Virus record (IMG/VR): IMGVR_UViG_3300025416_000031
Coordinates: 1 to 29,964 of that record
Source of the DNA: a virus
Taxonomy: Duplodnaviria; Caudoviricetes
DNA: 29,964 bases
Direction: 5' to 3' (one strand)
Positions 1 to 6,310 of this stretch are shown here, piece after piece. A program made the translations under genes and the position numbers. How positions within the stretch are numbered: position 1 is the first letter of the stretch; the number at the start of each line of letters is the position of its first letter. The notes under the pieces are model-generated. The model saw nothing but the letters and a program-made list of their open reading frames with translations, searched no databases and was not told where the DNA came from.

Positions 1-2
1 AT

Positions 3-269
3 GCCATACGTTTAAGTCGCGCCAAAATGTCGTCACGCAATGGCAAACGTGCGGTTCAAAGCATTGCAAAAAGGCTTAAGATTCAAAAGTTTAAGCAACA
101 AACCGAAGGTAAATTGTCATGGGAAAAAGTGGATGAGATACGAGCCACCGATGTGCCTTCGCGGGTTTTGGCTGAAAAATTTGGGGTAGACAAGTCGTTG
201 ATTTGCAGGGTACGCACTGGACAGGCTTGGAAACGGATAGAAAACAACATTTTTGCGGGGTTGCTATGA
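3..269 (+). CDS. 5'-truncated protein, HTH-like C-terminal domain typical of phage HNH endonucleases
   Basis: Frame is open to the window edge. KLSWEKVDEIR...LAEKFGVDKSLICRVRTGQAWK resembles the C-terminal DNA-binding segment of phage HNH proteins. Stop overlaps the next ATG (ATGA). Confidence 0.55.
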   Translation, partial: AIRLSRAKMSSRNGKRAVQSIAKRLKIQKFKQQTEGKLSWEKVDEIRATDVPSRVLAEKFGVDKSLICRVRTGQAWKRIENNIFAGLL

Positions 270-520
270 CACAAGATGAAATCATTGAAATGGCTAGACA
301 GGCTGGTTTTGTTGTGACGCACATTGGCGACCCGATTAAAACCAATTACGCCATGATTGAAGCCTTTGCCAAACTGGTAGCAGAGAAAGAACGAGAAGAG
401 TGTGCAAAGATTTGCGATGGAAACATAGATTCTGAGTACAAAACTGGAAAGGTTGACCACAATGAAATAGCGTGGGCGCAGCTTTGTGCAATTCAAATAA
501 GAAAAAGGGGACAAGAATGA
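266..520 (+). CDS. hypothetical phage protein (nin-region type)
   Basis: ATG 266 overlaps the upstream stop. MTQDEIIEMARQAGF...FAKLVAEKEREECAKIC is a common small phage protein pattern. Confidence 0.75.
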   Translation: MTQDEIIEMARQAGFVVTHIGDPIKTNYAMIEAFAKLVAEKEREECAKICDGNIDSEYKTGKVDHNEIAWAQLCAIQIRKRGQE

Positions 521-714
521 ACTATGAAGCATGGATTGCCGAGAAGGTGAATAGCGGCAAAGAGGCGACCATCAGTTTGGGTTTGCTTGAAAAATTAATG
601 TACGAGCCTGCGATCAAGCACTGGATTGAGAGCACAGCCAAGAAGTTGGGCTGCAAAGCCACTATTCATTGGAAAAGCGATGTAGTGACCTTTTACCCAG
701 TGAGTGCAATATGA
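517..714 (+). CDS. hypothetical protein
   Basis: ATGA coupling at 517-520, with a purine-rich RBS upstream. Confidence 0.65.
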   Translation: MNYEAWIAEKVNSGKEATISLGLLEKLMYEPAIKHWIESTAKKLGCKATIHWKSDVVTFYPVSAI

Positions 715-769
715 GTTTCATTGCTTTTGCACGAGTTTACAAAGTTTTAGACAAAATAAGGAGCATGAA

Positions 770-1228
770 GTGAGAAAGCAGTGCCGAAGGAAAATTTGGT
801 CAACCGATATTGATGTGATTGCTCACGCTATTGCTGGCGCTGCTATCACAGACAAAGCAAGCCTAAACAAGCTACGTTTGGCTGAATTGTCAGCCTTGGA
901 AGCCATGCGGATGGGTCAAGGCACAGTTGATGATTGGCGTATGCTGGTTGATTTAATGAATATCTGCGAGACATTTGCTAAAAGCGGCATCGGCCCTGAA
1001 GCCCTGCCAGACTGCAAATTAGCCCAAGAAAGCCTACACAAAGCCGCTTTAAGGTACGAAGCCACCGAGCGTATGGGTTTGGATGGGCAAGGCATTAAAG
1101 CGCTTCAAAACGTGCGGGAATGGCATGATTTACAGCGTACAAGCGTGGCAAGGTCGGTTTACGAGCGCATGATTGAAAAAACCCGCAACAACATACGTTC
1201 ACATGGCAAGGACGTGGTGGTGATATGA
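770..1228 (+). CDS. hypothetical phage protein
   Basis: AAGGAG RBS before GTG 770 (MRKQCRRKIW...). Helical protein coupled to the next gene by ATGA. Confidence 0.7.
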   Translation: MRKQCRRKIWSTDIDVIAHAIAGAAITDKASLNKLRLAELSALEAMRMGQGTVDDWRMLVDLMNICETFAKSGIGPEALPDCKLAQESLHKAALRYEATERMGLDGQGIKALQNVREWHDLQRTSVARSVYERMIEKTRNNIRSHGKDVVVI

Positions 1229-1545
1229 CTGCCAGACCAAAGTTTAATTACTTCCGTAGCAAGCAACACCTAAAAAACGTAGCGTCACTGCCTTGCCAAA
1301 ATTGCTACATAGAAGGCCAGACGCAGGCGGCACACTCAAACTTAGCGGAACATGGCAAAGGCAGAAGCATTAAAGCATCAGACGAATATGTGGCGGCACT
1401 ATGCCAAAAATGCCATTACGAATTAGATCAAGGCGGCAGATTGAACAAAGAGCAAAAGCGCAATCTGTTTATGATGGCATACGGGAAAACCCGCGCAAAG
1501 CTATACGCTGCGGGTTTGTGGCCTGATGAGCTAAAAGGTGATTAA
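1225..1545 (+). CDS. DUF968/DUF1364(YbcO)-like zinc-binding His-Me finger nuclease-domain protein
   Basis: Pattern RSKQHLKNVASLPCQNC...AAH...GKG..IKASD....ALCQKCH.ELD (CxxC, H, CxxCH). Confidence 0.7.
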   Translation: MTARPKFNYFRSKQHLKNVASLPCQNCYIEGQTQAAHSNLAEHGKGRSIKASDEYVAALCQKCHYELDQGGRLNKEQKRNLFMMAYGKTRAKLYAAGLWPDELKGD

Positions 1546-1554
1546 AATACTTGC

Positions 1555-1616
1555 GTTGGCAAGTTTAGGCATAGGGGTTTTCTCGATTTTCCTCTGGGGT
1601 GCTTTTTCTTGCCAAC
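1555..1616 (+). ncRNA. long intergenic hairpin, candidate small RNA
   Basis: GTTGGCAAG 1555-1563 pairs with CTTGCCAAC 1608-1616. Inner AGGCAT/GTGCTT and AGGGG/CCTCT stems use G-U pairs. TAAAAT 1543-1548 lies 6 nt upstream. Confidence 0.4.
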
Positions 1617-1629
1617 ACCTATAATCGTG

Positions 1630-1727
1630 GTGTCAACTGGTTAAGCTGGCGCTCTAGGATGTGAGATTTAGGGAATTTTCCAGCTTTCTGCCCTAACTAG
1701 CCGAATCACCGAATAGACAGTTGGCAT
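1630..1727 (+). ncRNA. candidate pseudoknotted structured RNA
   Basis: Closing stem GTGTCAACTG/CAGTTGGCAT. Crossing helices AAGCTGG 1643-1649/CCAGCTT 1680-1686 and TTAGGG 1668-1673/CCCTAA 1691-1696. Perfect TATAAT at 1620-1625 upstream and a T-tract at 1732-1738 downstream. Confidence 0.5.
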
Positions 1728-1754
1728 TGACTTTTTTTGTGCTTTTGTGATAAT
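1727..1754 (+). promoter_or_regulatory. sigma70-like promoter for the pre-terminase cluster
   Basis: TTGACT 1727-1732, 16-nt spacer, extended -10 TGtGATAAT 1746-1754. AGGAG RBS and ATG 1794 follow. Confidence 0.55.
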
Positions 1755-1793
1755 TGAAGGGCGCAAAAAACCTTTCTTTTCCTAGGAGTAATC

Positions 1794-2018
1794 ATGAAAG
1801 AACTGCCAATTGAATCCAAAGCCGAACGTAGCAAAAAGTCAAAAGACGGTTTGCACGACACAGGTCATTTGCAAGCTGCTGTCGAATACGCTCACGGTTG
1901 CCGTGTTGGTGATCGTAACCACTTTGAGCCACCTGAAGGCCCAACTAAAGAGCCAGTTCGCGTGAACGGCGTCCCCATGATGCCTCAAGGCAACATTAAC
2001 AGCGGCAATCGCAAATAA
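1794..2018 (+). CDS. hypothetical protein
   Basis: Strong AGGAG RBS, 74 aa, phage-like codon usage. Confidence 0.75.
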   Translation: MKELPIESKAERSKKSKDGLHDTGHLQAAVEYAHGCRVGDRNHFEPPEGPTKEPVRVNGVPMMPQGNINSGNRK

Positions 2019-2028
2019 GGGGTAAATT

Positions 2029-2460
2029 ATGGGTCACAATGCTATTGGCGTTGCTTATGAAGACCAAAACCTGATCGGCTCTCAAACTGTTGCTGTGGAT
2101 AACAGCACAGGCCAATTGGGTTATCGTATTGGTTACAACGGCACAGTACCTTCTGTTACTCAAGCCACCAGCAAATCTACTGGTGTGACATTGAATAACA
2201 ACATTGGCAAAATCACAATGAATAACGCAGCTTTGGCTAACGCCACAGCCGTGAAATTCACAGTGACAAACTCCAATGTGACTGTTGGCGATGTTCTTTC
2301 GGTTGCAATTGTTTCTGGCGGTACTTCTGGCGACTATTTGGTGTCAGTCGGTGCTGTTGCTACAGGTTCATTTGACGTTGTTTTATATAACGTCTCTGGC
2401 GGTAGTTTGTCAGAAGCTGTTGTTATCGGATTTGCCAACATTCAAGCAATCGCACTGTAA
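2029..2460 (+). CDS. beta-rich putative virion (decoration/fibre-tip type) protein, paralog 1
   Basis: VTQATSKSTGVTLN..GKITMNNAALA...F.VTNS.V...GSF...LYN.SGGSLSEAVVIGFA. Clear paralog of the next gene. Confidence 0.6.
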   Translation: MGHNAIGVAYEDQNLIGSQTVAVDNSTGQLGYRIGYNGTVPSVTQATSKSTGVTLNNNIGKITMNNAALANATAVKFTVTNSNVTVGDVLSVAIVSGGTSGDYLVSVGAVATGSFDVVLYNVSGGSLSEAVVIGFANIQAIAL

Positions 2461-2461
2461 T

Positions 2462-2890
2462 ATGGGCAATTCTCTTGCTATTGGCGTAGCCTATTCTGAC
2501 CAAAACATCATTGGGGCTGACGTTGTTTCAGCTACCAATGTTGTTGCAACAGGTCAGATTGGCTATGCGGCGGGGAATTACTCAACTGTTACCCAGACAA
2601 ACAACAAATCGACTGCGGTAACAATTAACACTCCTTCAGGCTCAATAATCACAGCAAGCTCACAATTAGCACCATCAGCTCAAGCGGTTTTTGTTGTTAA
2701 CTGTTCAGCGGTAAGTTCAAAAGACAATGTGATTATTAGCCCTGCCAGCGGTGGCACACTTGGTGCTTACAATATTTTTGTAGCAGCAGTTGCTAATGGG
2801 TCGTTCACGGTTGTTATCAAAAACTCAACGAATAACGCATATTCTGAAGTTTTGAATATCAACTATGCCATTCTTCACACGCAAGGATAA
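2462..2890 (+). CDS. beta-rich putative virion protein, paralog 2
   Basis: ATG 2462 directly follows the upstream stop. MGNSLAIGVAYSDQNIIG matches MGHNAIGVAYEDQNLIG, and the C-terminal domain is shared. Confidence 0.6.
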   Translation: MGNSLAIGVAYSDQNIIGADVVSATNVVATGQIGYAAGNYSTVTQTNNKSTAVTINTPSGSIITASSQLAPSAQAVFVVNCSAVSSKDNVIISPASGGTLGAYNIFVAAVANGSFTVVIKNSTNNAYSEVLNINYAILHTQG

Positions 2891-2892
2891 TC

Positions 2893-3039
2893 ATGCCTCT
2901 CAAAAAATCGACCAGTAAAAAGGCTTTTCAAGAAAACATCAAAGCCGAGGTAAAGGCAGGGAAACCTGTCAAGCAAGCTGTGGCGATAGCATATTCTGAA
3001 AAGCGTGAGGCTGAAAAATCAAAGCGCAAGAAGAAGTAA
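2893..3039 (+). CDS. small highly basic protein (48 aa)
   Basis: Not in the ORF track. Reads MPLKKSTSKKAFQENIKAEVKAGKPVKQAVAIAYSEKREAEKSKRKKK, with an AAGGA RBS. This is a recurrent phage small-protein pattern. Confidence 0.8.
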   Translation: MPLKKSTSKKAFQENIKAEVKAGKPVKQAVAIAYSEKREAEKSKRKKK

Positions 3040-3197
3040 CGTCTTGTCAAATCTTTATTCAAGCGAATGAGGATGATGACGAGATTCAGGTTAACGTGAT
3101 CGGTGACGGGATAGCCGCGCAGATTGCGTTAACTTGGATTCATGAACTATCGGCAAATTACCGTATAGTAGGCAACTTCAACACAACCCGAAACTAA
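3036..3197 (+). CDS. 53-codon ORF lacking a canonical start (GTA)
   Basis: The open frame VTSCQIFIQANEDDDEIQVNVIGDG...TTRN* exactly fills the gap between the flanking genes. Confidence 0.4.
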   Translation, partial: VTSCQIFIQANEDDDEIQVNVIGDGIAAQIALTWIHELSANYRIVGNFNTTRN

Positions 3198-3199
3198 AA

Positions 3200-3424
3200 A
3201 TGCAAATCGAAAATCTGAAACTCGCATATTCCGACCTTTCCATCCAAGAGTCGGATTTGATCTTTATGGGCTTGAGAAAACTCCCAATGGAATCAGTCGA
3301 AGCGTTGGTTATGAAGCTAGGCAAACAAGCAGCCTTGCAATTAGCCCAATTCAAGGCGGGAAGCCTGCCAGACGTTGATTACTTTGGAGATCAGAATGCA
3401 GATAACTCAAAAGCTAGTAACTGA
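3200..3424 (+). CDS. hypothetical protein
   Basis: 74-aa helical ORF (ESDLIFMGLRKLPMESVEALVMKLGKQA) overlapping the MTase start. Confidence 0.65.
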   Translation: MQIENLKLAYSDLSIQESDLIFMGLRKLPMESVEALVMKLGKQAALQLAQFKAGSLPDVDYFGDQNADNSKASN

Positions 3425-4601
3425 GCTAATTCCTTATGTAAAAAACAGCCGTACCCACAGCGATGAGCAAGTGGCACAAATAGCGGCAAGCATTAAGGAA
3501 TTTGGCTGGACTAACCCAATATTGGTGGATGGTGACAACGGCATCATTGCAGGTCACGGTCGCCTCATGGCTGCGCGTAAGCTAGGTTACAAGGAAGTCC
3601 CAACCATTGAACTCAAAGACCTGACCGAAGCCCAAAAGAAGGCTTACATCATTGCCGACAACCGCTTGGCGCTAAACGCAGGGTGGGACAATGAAATGCT
3701 GAAGCTGGAGTTTGACCAGTTGGCAGAGCTTGGCTTTGATTTGGAATTGACGGGTTTTAGCCTTGACGAGATTGAGGCGTTAAACCCCGTGGAATTGAAT
3801 GCTGGATTGACGGATGAAGACGAAGCCCCGCCGCTACCACCTGAGCCGACAACTAAGCCTGGCGACATATACAAATTGGGCAAACACCGCCTGATGTGCG
3901 GTGATAGCACTAGCATCGAGCATCTAGAGCGCCTTTGTGACGGTCAAGCCGTGGATATGTGGCTTACAGATCCACCTTACAACGTAGCTTATGAAGGCAA
4001 AACCAAAGACAGTCTAACTATTCAAAACGATAGTATGGGTGACGAGCAATTTCGCCAATTCTTGCGAGATGCTTACGTTGCTGCCGATGCTGTAATGAAA
4101 GCTGGTGCTGTTTTTTATATTTGGCACGCCGATTCCGAAGGCTATAACTTTCGTGGCGCAGCCCAAGACGCAGGTTGGAAAGTGCGCCAATGCCTTATTT
4201 GGAAAAAATCCAGCATGGTTATGGGTCGCCAAGACTACCACTGGAAACATGAACCTTGCTTGTATGGCTGGAAAGAAGGTGCTGGCCACCTTTGGGCTAC
4301 AGACCGCAAACAAACGACTATTTTGGAGTTTGAAAAGCCTTCTCGCAACGGTGAACACCCAACTATGAAGCCTGTGGCTTTGTTTGAGTATCAATTACTT
4401 AACAACACAAAGGGCGGCGACATAGTGCTAGATTCGTTTGGTGGAAGCGGTACGACTTTGATCGCAGCCGAAAAAAATGGGCGCATAGCCAGGCTGATGG
4501 AATTAGACCCAAAGTATTGCGATGTGATCGTAAAACGATGGGAAGACTTCACAGGCAAAAAAGCCGAGTTGTTGACAAACCCGACAGAATCAGTAAACTA
4601 A
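3396..4601 (+). CDS. ParB-N domain fused to an amino-(N6A/N4C) DNA methyltransferase
   Basis: N-terminal ParBc motifs (LIPYVKNSRTH, FGWTNPILVD, IIAGHGRLMAA, ADNRLA). MTase motif IV TDPPY precedes HPTMKP and motif I VLDSFGGSGTT (beta-class order). GGAG RBS before ATG 3396. Confidence 0.92.
   Translation: MQITQKLVTELIPYVKNSRTHSDEQVAQIAASIKEFGWTNPILVDGDNGIIAGHGRLMAARKLGYKEVPTIELKDLTEAQKKAYIIADNRLALNAGWDNEMLKLEFDQLAELGFDLELTGFSLDEIEALNPVELNAGLTDEDEAPPLPPEPTTKPGDIYKLGKHRLMCGDSTSIEHLERLCDGQAVDMWLTDPPYNVAYEGKTKDSLTIQNDSMGDEQFRQFLRDAYVAADAVMKAGAVFYIWHADSEGYNFRGAAQDAGWKVRQCLIWKKSSMVMGRQDYHWKHEPCLYGWKEGAGHLWATDRKQTTILEFEKPSRNGEHPTMKPVALFEYQLLNNTKGGDIVLDSFGGSGTTLIAAEKNGRIARLMELDPKYCDVIVKRWEDFTGKKAELLTNPTESVN
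4572..4599 (+). promoter_or_regulatory. sigma70-like promoter upstream of terS
   Basis: TTGACA 4572-4577, 16-nt spacer, TAAACT 4594-4599, all within the MTase 3' end. Confidence 0.45.
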
Positions 4602-4623
4602 TGTAACACTTCCCCTTTATAAA

Positions 4624-4962
4624 ATGTCACACGAACATGAACCAACGCCCGAAACCCGCAAGCTGGTTGAATCCAGTAGTGGATTAGGCTTGCCCCATGA
4701 GTCTATTGCTGTGCTTGTTGGCATTGACGATAAAACTTTGCGTAAGCATTACCGACAAGAGTTGGATATGGGTAAAGCCAAGGCGCATGGGCAAATAGCT
4801 AAGACGCTTTACAGCAAAGCACTGGCGGGAGATACGACCAGCTTAATTTGGTGGACTAAAACACAAATGCGGTGGTCTGAAACTGTTAAGCAAGAACACA
4901 TGGGCGAAGGTGGTGGCCCTGTCAAAATCATTGCCATGAACAACTTGGACGAAGACGCTTGA
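4624..4962 (+). CDS. terS: terminase small subunit
   Basis: HTH (LPHESIAVLVGIDDKTLRKHY), LYSKALAGD..SLIWWTKTQMRW. Lies immediately upstream of, and overlaps, TerL. Confidence 0.8.
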   Translation: MSHEHEPTPETRKLVESSSGLGLPHESIAVLVGIDDKTLRKHYRQELDMGKAKAHGQIAKTLYSKALAGDTTSLIWWTKTQMRWSETVKQEHMGEGGGPVKIIAMNNLDEDA

Positions 4963-6308
4963 AACTCACCCAAAAGCAAATCGAGGCGCAAAGGGTTTTA
5001 TCGGCTGACTACAAATACATCATGCTATTTGGGGGCAGTCGGTCAGGAAAGACCTTTCTCATTGTTCGGCAAATCATTACTAGGGCGCTCAAAACGCCTG
5101 ACAGTAGGCACACAATCCTTCGGTTTCGCTTTAACCATGTCGTCAACTCAGTGGTATACGACACCTTTCCCAAGGTAATGAAGCTGTGTTTTCCTGGCGT
5201 TGAATACAAGCTAGACAAGCAAAGCTGGTTTGTTAAGTTTCAAAACGGCGCTGAAATTTGGTTTGGTGGCTTGGACGACAAAGAGCGCACCGAAAAGATT
5301 TTGGGTATGGAATTCGCCTCAATTTACTTGAATGAATCAAGTCAGATTAGCTGGCAACCAGTTGGGATTGCAATCACGCGCTTGGCTCAAAAGGTTATGC
5401 AGCAAATTGAGGGGAGAGAGCCTAAGCTGCTTAAGCCCCGTATGTTTTTTGATTGCAACCCGCCTAACAAAAACCATTGGACGTACCAGCTTTTTGTGCT
5501 CAAGCGTGACCCCGAGACAAAAGCCAATATCCCTAGTCCGCAGGATTATGCTTATTTCCAAATCAACCCAAGGGATAACCAAGACAATCTCTCGGATGAT
5601 TACCTAAGCACATTGGAAAACCTAAGCGCAAGGCTGCGTAAGCGCTTTTTAGATGGGGAATTCACCGATGCCAATCCAAATCAGCTATTCCCTGATGACG
5701 CTATTGATCGCTGGAGGGCTAATCCTGATGATTTACCAGATATGGCAAGAATCATTGTTGGAGTTGACCCTTCTGGAGCAGGTGATTCTGATAACGCTGA
5801 CGCTGACGCTATTGGTATTGTGGTCGGTGGACTTGGTGTTGACGGAAACGCCTATTTACTTGAAGACGCCACCGTAAAGGCTGGCCCTGCTACATGGGGA
5901 CGGATGGCTGTCTCTGCGTTTGATCGCCACAAAGCTGACGTTATTGTGGGCGAGACCAACTACGGCGGCGCAATGGTGGAGGCGGTGATTCAAGCTGCCA
6001 GACCGAAAACTAACTTTAAAGCGGTTTCGGCGACTCGCGGAAAAGTTGTACGCGCTGAACCATTTGCAAGTTTGTACGAGCAAGGTAAAATTAGGCACGT
6101 TGGTCGTTTTGCTGATTTGGAAGAAGAATTGTCTGGTTTTGCATCAAATGGGTACACGGGAAGCAAATCTCCTAACCGAGCAGACGCTTGGATTTGGGTT
6201 TTAACTGAACTTTTCCCTGGAATGCTCAGAAATCGTGAAAAAGACAAAGCCAAACTGCAAACGAGACCGATTAACAATTTCTCCCGCACATCGGGATACT
6301 GGATGTAA
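4959..6308 (+). CDS. terL: terminase large subunit
   Basis: Walker A GGSRSGKT, Walker B-like IYLNES, coupling motif DCNP, RNase H-like nuclease IIVGVDP...ETNYGG...SPNRADA. TTG start overlaps the terS stop. Confidence 0.95.
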   Translation: MKLTQKQIEAQRVLSADYKYIMLFGGSRSGKTFLIVRQIITRALKTPDSRHTILRFRFNHVVNSVVYDTFPKVMKLCFPGVEYKLDKQSWFVKFQNGAEIWFGGLDDKERTEKILGMEFASIYLNESSQISWQPVGIAITRLAQKVMQQIEGREPKLLKPRMFFDCNPPNKNHWTYQLFVLKRDPETKANIPSPQDYAYFQINPRDNQDNLSDDYLSTLENLSARLRKRFLDGEFTDANPNQLFPDDAIDRWRANPDDLPDMARIIVGVDPSGAGDSDNADADAIGIVVGGLGVDGNAYLLEDATVKAGPATWGRMAVSAFDRHKADVIVGETNYGGAMVEAVIQAARPKTNFKAVSATRGKVVRAEPFASLYEQGKIRHVGRFADLEEELSGFASNGYTGSKSPNRADAWIWVLTELFPGMLRNREKDKAKLQTRPINNFSRTSGYWM

Positions 6309-6310
6309 AC

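Noticed and set aside
1523-1550. CTGATGAG resembling the hammerhead ribozyme core
   Set aside because: No stem II followed by GAAA, and the sequence is explained as codons (PDEL) of the nuclease-like gene.
1630-1727. Possible tRNA
   Set aside because: No T-loop GTTCRA, no D-loop pattern, no cloverleaf spacing and no CCA end.
2285-2461. 5' extension of ORF 2285..2890 in the ORF track
   Set aside because: It overlaps the paralog 1 gene. The paralog alignment places the true start at ATG 2462.
3396-3800. ParB domain as evidence for a plasmid-prophage partition system
   Set aside because: It is the N-terminal domain of the methyltransferase. No ParA or parS array is seen in the window.
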